From Sphagnum compactum (Eukaryota): a DNA stretch of 64,000 nucleotides. A program made the translations under genes and the position numbers. The stretch covers positions 12,328,213-12,392,212 of the forward strand of contig OZ234493.1 in assembly GCA_965153455.1 (NCBI GenBank), written 5' to 3'. Of the stretch, positions 26,291-40,169 are shown piece after piece. Each line of letters starts with the position of its first letter. The stretch's first letter is position 1. The notes under the pieces were generated by a model, which saw only the letters and a program-made list of their open reading frames with translations, ran no database searches and was not told where the DNA came from.

Positions 26291-27299
26291 CGTAACGTCA
26301 CTACCAGTAATAGTACTCGACTCGCAAGCCTACTTGCAGAGGTGGATTCACATGGAGAGAGACTATACATCCAATGCAAACTACGTACTTCACCAGGACG
26401 TCGACTTTTGCCACACAGCAAAGCGGTCCAAACCGCAGATCTATCATCATTCTCGATTTTTGCATCATCAGGTAAACTACCCATGAGACCTGTAGCTGTG
26501 TAAAACTCATCAAGCTCATACTGTAAAGGCTGTCGGTAGTATACGTACGTTTTTTATTTTCTAGCTGAGTATAAATTCCTGCTCTCAACAACCAGCCACC
26601 CATTTCCACTTGGATCTAGGATCTACATCTGGGGAGTTCAATGCAATTATTAGTCTTTCTGCCAGAAGCTGTTAGCACTTATATATCTTTCAGAATGCTC
26701 CAGCCACTGAAAAACATGATCATCAATATTCTTGGTTAGAAATCTGAGTAATAATAAGTATTGCAGCTCATGTAATCTCTTGCAAAGGCGCTGCAGCAGA
26801 CAATTTTTGATGTGTAAGTTTCTTGATACATTATTGTACTGTTATAAAAATGCATAGGACTTTTTTCGGGTGCATTTGCTTTGAATCAGTGTACTACCGC
26901 AGCTGATCTGGTTTTATCACGTGCTCACCAGCTTTGAATTCATTATCATATGTTGAGCTGCAAATGTGTTAAAATCCACTTGAATAAGAAATGACCAAAA
27001 TTTACTGCAAACATTTTCTTTCACAACTTAGTTCAATCTGCAACAACAAGCAGCTTTTCAATGTACTTAATTCTCAAAACAATTGCTTGAGAACTGTTTT
27101 TGGCAAGTGCAGGATCCAAATCAGAAAAATTTCTAATTTAATCAATCTGAGTTCATGAATGATCTCATTATCAGGATCATTGGAAAGTTGATTACTTGAA
27201 ACCAATTTCCAAAACTAATTATTTGCTCCCTTTTCAGTCTCCCTGGCTGTCACAAAGATTTCTCTTAGATGCGTTTTAAAGTTCATCACATTCTGAGGA

Positions 27300-27470
27300 G
27301 AAAAACATGGAAGTCGCCATATTTAGACACTGCGTGCTTGGAGGTTGCCAAAACATAGCAGGACTCTAGAAAATGTCTACTGCATGTCCTTTCTGACCTA
27401 GTACCCAAATTCAAATGGCTCTTTCCTCTTGTAGATGGGTGCCACTGTGGCTATATCACAAAATTGAGGA
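27300..27470 (-). repeat. Dispersed repeat fragment homologous to 44545-44705
   Basis: TCGCCATATTTAGA...TCTGACCT...CCAAATT...ACAAAATTGA is the inverted counterpart of TCAATTTTGT...AAATTTGGCTACAGGTCAGA...TCTAAATATGGCGA. Confidence 0.6.
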
Positions 27471-27764
27471 AAAGAAAATCCTTGCAGCTTACTGCGATAA
27501 AGCAATGTCACAGTACTGTGGTCAAATCGTTTTTGCATTGCCAGGCTCATCCCCCTCCAGTCCTCTCCTCAAGTGCACCAAAAAAAAACAATTTCTCTAA
27601 TTGACTCTCTTCTCAATCTCATTGTCTGTGACCGTGAACATGGGCACGCAACTTGTCTGACATAAAATGAAGTGCAGATGAAGCTATGAGCAGCTGCCGC
27701 CAGTAGCTCCAGTTGTAGAGATTACTTCCTACTTACATGCTTACAGCCTCGTTTGCCCCTTTGT

Positions 27765-28092
27765 TGACCTTGCCTACCAAGGCAAGGATTATTGTGTTTA
27801 GATTCGCTATAGAGTATAGCAGCTTCAGGGATTTTGGCCCCTAGGTAATAAGAATAGGTCTATTTTTATATGAGGATTTTTGAAACATGATGATATTTTG
27901 GCTACTGTTGCTTGAGATTAGTTATAGAGTTATGATATCTTGAAGGATTTTGGTTTCTTCTAGAGGGATTTTTTTGCAAATGATATTTTTGCATGGATAA
28001 ATAATTGAATTTTCATAATTCATCTTTTGCCTTAACATACTTTTTAATGTAAATGGCAAGGCCACAGTGTGACACACCCCTTGTTTTCTCTT
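27765..28092 (-). mobile_element. Family X copy C, downstream of the dioxygenase
   Basis: Reverse complement of copy B over ~330 bp (GCCTACCAAGGC...TTTAATGTAAATGGCAAGGCCACAGTGTGACACACCCCTTGTTTTC). Confidence 0.8.
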
Positions 28093-28729
28093 AGGTGCTG
28101 TGCCTGGTGTCGGTCGGTCATCAGATTTCGGTTTGCACTTTGCACAGCACTCCAAGCTCTCTCTCTCTCTCTCCTCGATATTCTGTCCGGAAACCCCTTT
28201 TTTCTTGGTTGACAGAACAACCACTGTTATGCTGCTGAAAGGCCTGTTTTGACAGTCTCAACTTCCAAGTTGTTTTCCCTTTCGTTTTGCTCGACAGACT
28301 CTGATGATCACGGTCGCCTACTGTTTTGACAGTCCCCATAATCCAGTCTGATGGCAGGAGGAGAGAGAATTCATTCAAGGGAAAGACATTGCCCAGAAGA
28401 ATGAAAATTCATTCTGCTTGCAGCAAGCTTGACTTTGTCTTTAAAGGGTTTTTGTTTTTTCTGTTTTCCTGCCCCATTTTGCAAAAGAACCCATGGATTT
28501 TTATCTGTGTCTTTGTGACAAGGACAACATGAAAAGGACAAATGTCACAAGATTCTTAAAATATTTTGACAATATTTTGAGATAAACAATCATCTTAATG
28601 GGCAGGTGTGCCTTTTGTTAGGATGGAGGCACCTTTGCATTTGTGAAACAACAATGTCAAGAAGTCATCATTTAGTTTATTACAAAGTTACAAGGAAGGT
28701 TGGTTGGTTGGTTCCTTACTCAAGATCTA

Positions 28730-29225
28730 CTGAATGCATTGAAAGTTGTTTATCCACAATATTGCCTACAACCAAAACTTGAAAAAAGGTTCGATGCTCA
28801 TTTGACAATCATTAAAGTAGTCTTTTGTTAATCTAAAAGGTAGGACTTGATGAGGTATGGGTTGCTGCAACCTTGTTTTCACATTTGGCTCTTAACATTC
28901 AAAGATTTTTTATGTCTGCTTAACATGATAAACAATGTTACCAAGTTGAAGATGCAAAAACTTTTTTGATATGAAACTTCTAATCAAACTATGAAAAACC
29001 TTTATTTCCTTTTAGATTCTTGAAAACAAAATCTCAAAGTACACCAAGTTAGTTGAACTTGTTGTGCATATAATTGATTCTATTAAGGATGAGGTTGTTT
29101 TTCTACGTTAACCTTCATGAAAATTAAACTATGAAATTGAGCATATGGAGCTTGTCATTCATACACTCATAAGTTCTTCACTTTGCATAACTTTCTTTTT
29201 GCAGTGGCAATTTATAATTGGACGG
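28730..29225 (+). pseudogene. Decayed hAT transposase C-terminal (dimerisation region) fragment
   Basis: Interrupted translation fragments ALKVVYPQYCLQP, SIKDE/FSTLTFMKIKL*N* and KFFTLHNFLF resemble the hAT S.E.ER.FS.L..K.KLRNRL motif; many stops and frameshifts. Confidence 0.6.
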
Positions 29226-32200
29226 GCATTAGAATTCCTTATAGTGTAGAAGGTTAAAGCTTGAGGCAAAAAGCTAAGTCATGGCAAGGCTACCAACTTC
29301 CAAGTTGTTTTTTTCTTGTATCATACCTATCTTTTCTTATTTTCTAAGATTTTTTTGAAATCTAAATGCATGAGTGTTGTTAAAATGCTTTGGATGGCTT
29401 GTTCATGTAGGCAACAACAACTAGCTATTTGAATTTTGATTGACAAAGTGAAGATGTTTCCTTTTGTTTTGATAATCTATGGTTCCTTGGAGTCTCAATC
29501 CAACCCCCTTACTTGGGCTTAGTAGGGTTTTTTTTTGCATTCAATATTACTAATTAATGTTTTCTTTTTGTGCAAGTTAGGCTTTGCTATGATGGGCAAG
29601 GCCTTTTTTACTTGAGGTTCCATTCTCCCATATAGCATGTTGCCAAAAATGGGCAAGGCCTTTTTTTTTTTTTTGGTTAAGGTTTGATTCCTTCATATAA
29701 CATGTTGTCAAAAATTGCAATGACAAGTTTTCTTGAAATTGGTATAGGGAGGATTTTTTTTGCACAATATTTCGTATGATCATCCATTGACAATTCCAAT
29801 TAACTAGAATGTGAACGATCAATGAAAACCTAACTACCTCATTCCTTTTCTAATAATTACATCCCTCTTTTCCTAATAAGTATCTCATTCCTTTCCTTTA
29901 CCCCCCAATATGGATATAAAAAAAACGAATTAACATGTGCCTTTTCATGTCCATAATATTTATATTATTTAATAATAACTCATCTTGTCTAACCATAATA
30001 ATAATGAAAAACTATAGGAAAATCATATGGAAACATAATAAGAAGACAAGGAAAAAAAAAGTTGATCGTCATTAATAATGCGAAGCAAAGTGGAGCCAAA
30101 GTTGGATTTAAAATAACATTGCAATTCCGACTCAGAATTATAGTTTCCTTTAGCAGAGGACTTGCAATCATTTTCTTTACTGCCCAATTGCCCGACTAAG
30201 CTGCATCTGGCAATGACTAGATACATCTTGATACTGCCCAGATACAAAATTTTGTGTCTTATTATACACACCCAAAGCATGCATAACAGGACCCAATCTT
30301 TGGCCAAATCTCTCCTCAATCATTGGCCATCCTTCTTTTGGTTAAATTAGCCAATTTGTTTAACTAAATCTACTCACTTAAATGCACAAAGTGAGATTAT
30401 TCAGACTCGATGTACTAAAGATTGAAAAAAAAAAAAAATTAAATGAACAATCATAACAACAATTGAACCATGATCGAATGCCATGTTTTATTATAGGGGA
30501 ATATATCCCCTATCTAACAAGGTTTTAAAAGGTGTGATCAACTTGTTACTTGCTTAATTTGATTGAGAGGCAAATTTTAACATATTAACCCAAGATGGAT
30601 GAATATTGTATATGCAAAGGGATGATGGTTTTAATAGCACCAATAGCTTTTTTACTTTTTTTTTAAATGTAAATAGTTGCACAAAGTCTACTTTTTGTGG
30701 ACTTTTCATTAAATATGTAATAAATAAAATGTAGAATATCTATTTGATCTAGTGCCCTCATTGATATAATGATTTTTATATCTTAACATAGTATATGAGC
30801 AAATGCACTATATTGGTAGCTCACTTTTGGAGTAATAATGTCCATTTCTATAAGACACCCAAGTTCACTAGACACCTATAATGGGGAATACAAAATTTCA
30901 ATTTGTGAATTGATAATTGGTTACATAGATTGACAACTTGATTATGGAGACACTTATATTAAAATTAATTATAATAGTACATGCATTTTTGACAATAGAC
31001 TTTTGAAGTCCAAAAATATTGATTGTCAATTAATTAAAATATTACTTAAAATTAAAATGCTCATGTTGATTTTCATTTCAAACTATTTATAGTGACTTAG
31101 TATGTGAAGGAGCATGAAATAATAAACATTTATGTGAAATCCTTCCTTAAATTGAACGCTGTTCATAAGAAGTTTGTGGATATATTTGACATTAATGTTT
31201 TGCAATTTATAATTCTTCAACTATTGAGTTTGAGCAATCAAAGAATCCTGGCCATTTATCATAGAGCTTGTACATAGGTGGGTTGTAGACTAGGTAAGGC
31301 CTACATAACATTACCCATGTACATTATGCATATGAAACTTTTGGTGCTATCTATAATATATTGGAAGTGTCATGATGTAATGCTTTTGATTACATCAATT
31401 TTGACACATATTCATCCCTTTGCATGAAGATGTCTAATAGGTGCATGTTTGTTGCTTTATGGTGAAATTTATTTTGCCAATTGGTCTTCCCCTTGATGTA
31501 TTGACTTTGCCTTCAAGCCAAAACAGATATATGTAAGATGTAGATTGGGTCATTGAATTGGTATATGTTGAGGAATTGTGCCTCGACTTGAACTATTTCG
31601 TCTACTTTTTCATTACCTAATATTCCAACCTTGTGGCATTTAACTTTCTAATAGAGTAAATTGTTTCAAAGTGTTGCTTCACTACAAACAATTGGATAAA
31701 GTTTCTCTTTGCACAATAGATGTGTTCTAATTTCTAAAGGGTTACATATAAAATTTGTAAGGTAACATACCTAATAATGAATATGTTAAAGTTCCCATTT
31801 TTTCCTTGAATGTTTTACGATCTTGTTACAATTTCATTGTATATATCAAATCTTGCCCATCTGTTTTGCTAGAGATCCATTGGCGTATCTTGAAGTGTTT
31901 GCCTTGAATGGTCATGGAAGGTCTCATTGAGTGGATACTGACTAGTTGAATATGCAATTGTGTTGGGCATGATACTTTTATAATGTAAGGACCACTAAAC
32001 AATCTTTTTTTTCACCAAAAATGTTAGTCTATTCTAGGGTCAACAAGACTCAATTTAAGTTTTCTGGGTGCTATTATCAGTGCTCCCAAGCAAGTATCAA
32101 CAAATTGCATTAATGTTTTGTTTGAATTATGAATGATGGCTGGTTCCCCCCCCCCCCCCCCCCCCCCCCAATCTTGTGTATTATGTGATCGGCATCATGT

Positions 32201-32970
32201 TTGGGTCTTACTATGCCAACATGCACCATGGAGCTTGTAGTGGTCGCATCCTTTTTGTTTGCTAATGAAACTTTGGATCCACCCTTGGATAGCACTTGCC
32301 TGTTCCTCCACAAGATCAAGTTGGCTTTCTTCCTATCTCATCATCCCCTAGTTGATACTGGCTCAAATATTCACCGAAAACTTTGAGTTTAACTATTGGA
32401 CTTGTTATCTGATTTGTAGATGAGTAAATTAAGCGAGTTTTTTAACTTAGGCTTTTAAGAGATCTAAAATGGGTTTTAAAAGGTCTCAAATTTTTGAAGT
32501 GTTAATAAGTTGCACTGTTATTTATGATTGGGTGGACCATTTGGAGTTAGTCGAGATTTGTTACAACAACTCGAAACATTTCATAACTGGGTCCACCCCA
32601 TTTCAAATAGTGACAGGCAAGTCGCCAATTATGCCCATGACTTGAACATACATAAGGAGAAACTATATAAGAAGAGTTATCACTTTTGTACAACAAAAGG
32701 AGGCAAAATAATCCCCAGAGGCATAATCTTTTGGGTAATGTGGTTTTGATCTATGGGAGTAATATCATTAACAACCCCGAATTAATCAGCCAGCCACCAT
32801 GAGGGGATGGATGGTTGGTAGACATGAAGCAGTTTTTCATCGCGTTTCAGCTCCCTAAATAACCACAGTGGTTAGCTCAATTTCTGTCAGTCTGGTCATG
32901 ATATCAGGTCCCAGGCTGATATTTGCCGGGTATACGGAAGGTATAAATCGGGTATTTGGTACTGCTATAA

Positions 32971-33165
32971 AGGCGCATTCACACCTAATGTTAAGCCAGT
33001 GTTAAGGGAAAATCTAGGTGGCATCTTAGGTGGCACCCAATGTTAATTGGGTGATTATTTAATATTAATTGAATGAATGTGAACTTAACATAAAATCTTC
33101 ATGGTAAATAGGTTTAGGTTCTAAATGACTAGCTTGGATTAAACATGTATTTATCATCCAACATT
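32971..33165. mobile_element. Possible Harbinger/Tourist-like MITE relic
   Basis: Starts AGGCGCATTCACACC (Harbinger-like terminus); internal TAGGTGGCA duplicate; right terminus not convincingly found. Confidence 0.3.
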
Positions 33166-35596
33166 TTCCCATGTTTTCCTCATTCCTTAACTGAATTGAG
33201 TGATTTTTGTGTCATTGGATGTGCAAATTGGAGGGCTATAAATGTTTTTTTGAGCCTCAGAAGAGGATAAATGATAATTTGCTTTAAATTTTTTGAAAAA
33301 AGAACTCTAGACCCCTCTTAAGTTTCAACCTCATATTTTCTTCATTTTTAGTCCATTTAAAATGATTTAAAATTTAATGGGTGCACCAACTAAGGCTTTA
33401 CAAAACTTCTTTGTCTTCCAAAGGCAAAGATACAATGATCAAAGATTTTAAGCTTTGACATCTAATGGTTTTTTTAATTTACCCATCACCAAACATTGAT
33501 CCCCTTAACACCAAACAACCCATATTTTTTTCCTCATTCCTTTATCAAATTGAGCAATTTTTATGACATTAGAAGTGCTAGGGTGAAGGTATACAAATTT
33601 TGTTGAAGCCTCAGAAAGCAGCACAGGAACAATGTGCAAGGATTCAACCTCCTTTGCGGAAGGATCTCAATGTAGACCCTTCACAATTGTCAAGAAACAC
33701 TGTGGCTTATTTCATTTAAAAAGAACATGACACTTACGCATTTGTAAGGTCCTATTGACTGGTCCTTACACAGGTCGTAAGTGTAGGGTAAAGGCCTAGG
33801 GTAGGGGCATTCTCAAAATAAGGGGCCTAGGACGAGGCAATAGCCAAGTCTTTTTGGAATGTCCCCCACAAACCCATGAGCTTTTATTTATCATAAAGCA
33901 AGAGGCAAAATTTCTCATGAGCCAAACCTATGTAGATCATGAGGCGTATGGATGGGAGGGTTCTTTAAGCCAATAGTGAGGCAATGTTTTTGGTGTCTAA
34001 AGATGGAAGCTTGAAGGAGGAAATGAAGAAGAAAGGGAGAAGTTTAGAAAGAGAGGTTGAAGAAACAAGTGCTGGTTTGAAGTCAGAAGAAGAGAGAGAA
34101 GAGAGAGAGAGAGAACTTCAAGAAAAATTAAGCCAACAATAAGGCAAGAATGTTTTTGGAGCCTGAAGATGAGAGCTGGAAGGGAAGCATTATTCCCAAA
34201 TTATGTGGAAGCTTTCAACCTTATAGTGATGCTCCACCATATGTTTCTTATTTTGCAAAAATTGGACATGTGTGGATTTGGCTTTTGGGGGAAAAAACAT
34301 GAAAGCCTGCACTGAAAAAGCCTCCCCACATTACCTACAATATGATATGAGAGCTTCAACTACTTCAGCTTCAGCTTCAATACCTAAACTTGCACTTTAC
34401 TGATGCAGTCTATGATGCTTCTTTTTCCAGGTTCTTGCAATTAAAAAATAATGAAAAGCTCAGAGTTCAGAGTCAATGTAGGTAAGTGCTGTGAGGTGTG
34501 TTTCATATTGTCATTTTGATTCTTCTTTCACAAGTTTCTTTGATGAATTCTTTTTCCCACATGCATGTAGATTCACTGGCCCACTGCATATAATTAAATG
34601 GCTCCCTGAAGAGTGTGGAGATGGTGATGGGAAAACTGGCAATGCTTCATTTATGCAAAAATGCAAATGTCTTCTTGAGTATGGTATAAGATCACAACAC
34701 ATCTTGAATCTGCAGCATATCTCTCCCTTTTGTTTCTTTCAAGATTGCAGTCGATAGGCACACTGGATTGTTGTCTTTCTGTTTGTTTTATGAACTGACA
34801 GTTCATTTGCTTGGCTTCCATCGATAGTTTCCCATACCATTGATAGTTTCCTTTGACCTTTGTGCCTGGGCAAATCCCGAAAACCACAAAATGTTGAAAT
34901 GACTCTCTCGTTATACACATAAATATATGGGTTTTGCTGCTTTAATGGTCTAAGGAGGATCAGTCTTGCTCCCTTGATAAAAATGATGAGCTAAATTTAC
35001 AGAATCGTGAGATTTGATTGTGTGCAACAGCTGCTTGAGAAACCTGAGGTGCAAGATACTGATCAATGTCATCAAACCCTGATGATTGAAGAAGGACCAT
35101 GTGGTGGTGGAGTCATCTTGAAGAATTTTGTTACTGATGCTCAGATCATGTGCAGTAACTGTTTTAAGAACTGTGGGTGAATCAAGCCAGTTTTAAAATA
35201 CGGTTTATGAAGAAGTCTGAACAGGTCCAGGTGTGAGTTCTTGATCAAGAATTTAGGCCAGGATGGGGAAAATGTAGAGGCTTTTCAAAAGTATCAGGAA
35301 ACTTGGAGTGGATGGATATAAATAATTTCATGAATTCATTTCATAGTTGTCACAATGATGTATGTATGCGTGTGTGTGTGTTTACAACATCCAGTGATCA
35401 TGTAGAAGTGGAGACAATAGAAAGGTTTTCGGTGACCAAAGTGCACAAGCCAACAAACAGGTATAGCATCAGCCGCATTTGCTGCAGGTAAAATATGGTA
35501 TTAGTGTGAGAAACACATAAGAGATTTGATTTGATTCCGCATGAGGTTTTCTCATATCTTCTTCTTCTTCAGATGCCATGGAACTTCTCAATTATT

Positions 35597-35755
35597 ACTG
35601 AATCCCTTGCTCAATTGCTGTAGCAGTCTGAGAGAGTCCAATATCCTTATTGAATCCCTTGCTCAATTGCAACAGCAGCAGCAGCAGACAGAGTCCAATA
35701 TCCTTACTGAATCTTAATCCATGCTGGTCAATTGTAGCAGCAGCAGGACAGAAAT
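35597..35755. repeat. Three ~55-bp tandem units (TGAATCCCTTGCTCAATTGC...GAGTCCAATATCCTTA) with CAG tracts
   Basis: Units visible near 35598, 35651 and 35707. Confidence 0.7.
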
Positions 35756-36461
35756 GAGCTAGCTCTCTCAAGAGAAGATTCAGAAGGAAGGCTCGAAACA
35801 AACTCTCAAATTTTGTATCAATTCTAGGCAGAGGATGACTAGTGATTAGGCATTATGATATTTACTCTCTTCACAAGCCTGTTGAGAAACAGAAAATGGC
35901 ATCAGGAAGAAAGTGGGAGCATCAGAAAAAAATTTGCACAAGAGTCGATTTCATTCAAGCTCTTAGAAAGCAAACAAAGCAGAGAGAGCTGTTGGTAGTA
36001 GGGTTGCAGTCTCGCAAGAGCAGCAGCACCACCACCATGAAACTGATTGAGAACCGGATTGAGGATCGGATGCAAAGGTAGATACCCAGCCCCCAAGGGC
36101 CCACTTGCCGGATGGCGGCTGCGGTCGACATCCAAACCGGACCCACGATGATCACCGTCGTCACCGCAGCGGACCACAACCGTCATGGCTATCGTGTTTA
36201 ACCTGGGTAGAAGGAGAGTTAAACATCCCCAGCCCAAAAAAGAAAAAGAAAAGAAGCCCTTGCTACAGGTACAAAGTACAATGCCTTTTTACTTTTTCTT
36301 TTAGAATAATGGCACATTTGTAGCCACATTTTGAGATTTTTTTTTTGAAATTCTTTTTCATTTCAAATTTCATAAATGACCAATAAAAAAAAATTTGAAC
36401 TTGCCAACACTTGTAGCCGTTCTTAAAAATTTATTGAACCAAATTTATTGACCAATAATTA

Positions 36462-38347
36462 CAAGTGTTATTGGTTTCCGTTCTTAAAAATTTCAACCGG
36501 TTTGGTTTGGAATTTTATTTTTTAAAAGGAATTAAAATTTAGTTTTGGTTTCAATTTTTTTAATTTTTTAAAGGGTGATTTTAGTCTTGATTCTTAGACC
36601 TAGTTTCAAATTGGACCGATTTTGAATATCGGTTCTAAAACTTTCAACTCCAACAATCTCAATATGCAAAACAACCCAAAAAAAAAAACTTGAAATTTTT
36701 GAAATTTAATTTTAAATTGAACTGTGTTTTTGGGTCTAAAGTTCCATAACCCATCATAGTTCTAATTCTAATATGCAAAATAACTCAAAAACTTGAAAAT
36801 ACCGAATTTTATATTGATGTAAAAAAATTTACAAGTGCTTAGAAATTTCAATCCAATACAAATGAACTTTTTGTCACTAGCAAACTTCAAACTATGTGAC
36901 ATATCACAAGATTCAAAACTAAAAAAACCACGAAACAAAAATTTAAAATTTTATTACAATTTTTTTGCTAGTATAAAGGTTTGAAACTGTCAAACCTAGT
37001 ATAAACTATCATATTTTTAAAGGATTGCACACTTGCGAGTTTGCAAATGATTTTTTCAACTCGCATGGAAGAAAAAAAGAAGTGATATTACACATTAACA
37101 AGCTTGCAATTGGTTTTATTTATTCCCTATAGGTGAAGAAAAACATGATATTGCACAGTTGAAAGCTTGCAAGTGGTTTTTTCAACTCAAGTAGGAGGAA
37201 AAAGTAAATGATATTGCACACTTGTAGGCTTGCAAAAAAACTTGTTCACATAGGTGAGAGAAAAAATGATATTTCACACTTGTGAACCTATATAAGAGGT
37301 TTTTTCAACTCACGCAAGAGAAGGAAAGAAATGATATTGCACACTTGTGAGTTCACAATTGGTTTTTTTCGGTTTAAATACATGATATTTCACACTTGTG
37401 AACTCATAAGTGGTTTTTTCAACCCACAAATGAGGGGAAAAATTGATATTGCACATTCGCGAATTCATAAGTGATTTTTTTATTCACATTAACGAAGAAC
37501 CAAAAAAATATTGCACACTTGCAAGCTTGCAAATGATTTTTTCGATTCATGCAGGAGAAAGAAAGAAAGAAATTATATTGCAAATTTGCAACTTCATGAG
37601 CGGTTTGTTTTTAATTACATATGTGAAGACAAACAATGATATTGCACATTTAAAAGCCAACAAGTGGTTTTTCAACTCATGAAGGAGAAAGAAAGAAATG
37701 ATATTGCACATTTGTGATGTTACAAGTGATTTCTTTTATTCACATAGGTGAAAAAATATATATATTTTGCACACTTGGGACCCAAAGGTTTTTTAAACTT
37801 ATATAAATGAAAAGAAAATAAATGATATTGTACATTTGCAAGCTTGCAAATGGTTTTTTTTAATTTCACATAGGTGAAGAAAAAAATGATATTAAACACT
37901 TAAGAGCCCGCAAGTGATTCATTCAACTCACACATGAAAAGAAAATAAATGATAATACACATTTACAAATTCACAAATCTTTTTTTATTCACATAAATGA
38001 AAAAAAAAACAATTCACAACAAATAAACCATAAACCACAAATCACAAACCACAAAAAAAACCCCTTAAATCTTAAAATTCTCCCTGAATCCTTATTTTGG
38101 AACTAGACCTAAAATCAATTTTTTATCAAAAACTCAATCCGATTACAACTAAAATCACAACCTGGAACTAGATCATGGATGGAATTCCAATTTTAAAACC
38201 TTCTAAAATCAAGGGTTGATTCAACCCCAATTCCAAATCCTCGATGAAACTCCGAGTTTTGATTCTATTTGAACCCAATCAAGTTCCAAGTATTGGATCC
38301 AAAACTATTAATTCCTACCCAACAATTTGGTACCCGATCAACACTAG
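36462..38347. mobile_element. Putative hAT-type non-autonomous element carrying a minisatellite
   Basis: Left end CAAGTGTTATTGGTTTCCG and right end GGTACCCGATCAACACTAG are imperfect inverted termini. Subterminal ACCG/CGGT/GAAC-rich arms. No TSD verified. Confidence 0.4.
37020..37995. repeat. ~62-bp minisatellite, ~16 copies
   Basis: ATGATATTGCACACTTG...GGTTTTTTCAACTCAC...GAAAGAA; GATATT cores near 37084, 37147, 37210, 37268, 37333 ... 37888, 37951. Confidence 0.9.
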
Positions 38348-40169
38348 TTTAAACTAGTGTTGTGTCAGTACTTAAATCCAAATGTTAAAACCAACAATTT
38401 TGGATTTGGATATAAGAACCTTATCAGATTTAAATATTAAAAATTTGATGTAAACCCTTAGACATGAACTAGGGTAAACATGCCCCCCATTGAACATCAC
38501 CTAGTGATCGAACACACCTATTGTGTAAATCAATGTCAATGAATGAATGCATTCATTTTCAAAAGCATTTCAAAATGACCCTATGACCAAACACTCGGTC
38601 TTGAAAAAATGTGTTTAGTTTTTTTACATTTTACAGCTAAACACTTAATTTTAGTGTGCGATTATGGGTGTGGGAAAATACACTTTCAAAACAATTGTGT
38701 GTTGTTTTGGGTGTGGATAAATAAATTTATTTTTTAAATGTCACACTATTATGTGTAGTAGTGTGTGGTGATGGGAGAGGACTAGCACATGGGAATGTGT
38801 TGATAATGTTCATTTTAGGGGTGGTTCACCTCATTTTCCCAAAACCAAACTCAAAGAAGGAAAAAGATTGTTTGGTTTAAAGGGTGGGACCAACACTTTC
38901 TCATGTACAAAATAAAACAATACTAGGGTTATAATGTTCAATTTTGGGGTGGGATCCAGAGAGTTTCACAAAACAAAATTAAGGAAATCAAATAGCAATA
39001 ACATTCAATGTTTGGTTATGGGGGTTTAGCCTCACATTAAAGGGCAACAAATTGTTCATCAATTAACCCTAAACCTCAACAAAGATTAAGCACAAGGTTC
39101 AGCAAAGGACATAAGATCTTTGAGGAGTCTAAAGAGGCACATTTATTAGTCCCCTAAAGGAGAGTCTTTGAAGATTCCTACTATACAAAAGTAATTTGCA
39201 TTCCCTCCAAAAACAACTTAGCACAAATCAAAATAGAAACTTAACCAAGGTTTAGATCATTTTCTACCAAACAATCTCCTTTTAAATATGTCTTTTCTAC
39301 AAACCCAAACAGAAGAACAATTCCAAATTTGTGTTGAATTCCTAGGTCCTTGTGTTACAATTTTATGAAATGCAAATCTACTAGTGAAACTAGAGAATGA
39401 GAGTTCAAGTTTGAAGGTTTATTTACAAAAGTCAGGTCTAAAAGAAAAAGAAGAGCAAGAACTAATTTCAAAAGTAGATTTGAAAGAGCCAAATTTGCAA
39501 ATGAAAGTAGAATGCCAAGTAAATGAACAAAACCAAGGTTCAAAAGTAGATCTACAAACATTAGATCTTAATGTCAAAATAAAATTTGTAGAAGATGCAT
39601 CAACATCAAATTTTCAGATAGAAACTGTAGATCAAATTTATAATCAGAAGTTCAAGAAGTATCTAGACTACCATTGGATCCAAAAATCCATAATTTGAAA
39701 TGCTACATCAAGGACCTTCAAGAAAGCTAGGGATCAGCTAAGTCATATTAATTGCTCTTACATCTTTATTCCAACTGCATGCACATCAACACAAGACATT
39801 GATTTAGTATGGGATGATTTTTTAGAATTTTATAATCTAACCTACTCTAATGTAGCACTCCTAGAACATGCCATAGCCAGATTTCCAGATTTATTACTTT
39901 TTTGGATTCTTGGGTTGTTTACAAGAAAGAAAAAAGGATACCTTTGATTGGGCAAGAACTCACTCCACCAAGTTGTTGGAGGCTAAGACTAGGAAGTTCA
40001 AAGCAATCATAAACTTGACAATCCCTCGTGGGCAACAAAGCAGCATGTTGGGTTTGCAAACAACAAACAAGGATAATCTACCCCTTGTAGTTAACAAAAA
40101 CAATTGTCCACCTACTCCTAAACCACAAAGCAAAAAATCAACACAACTGAATCTAAGTGCCTTCAACAA

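Noticed and set aside
30400..32500. Possible decayed transposase on the minus strand
   Set aside because: Only vague motif resemblance; not supportable.
34080..34115. AGAAGAGAGAGA resembling miR529/miR156 sequence
   Set aside because: Simple GA microsatellite; no full mature match or complementary hairpin arm.
37020..37995. Regular ~62-bp array resembling repeat-spacer structure
   Set aside because: Whole units are homologous and degenerate: a minisatellite.
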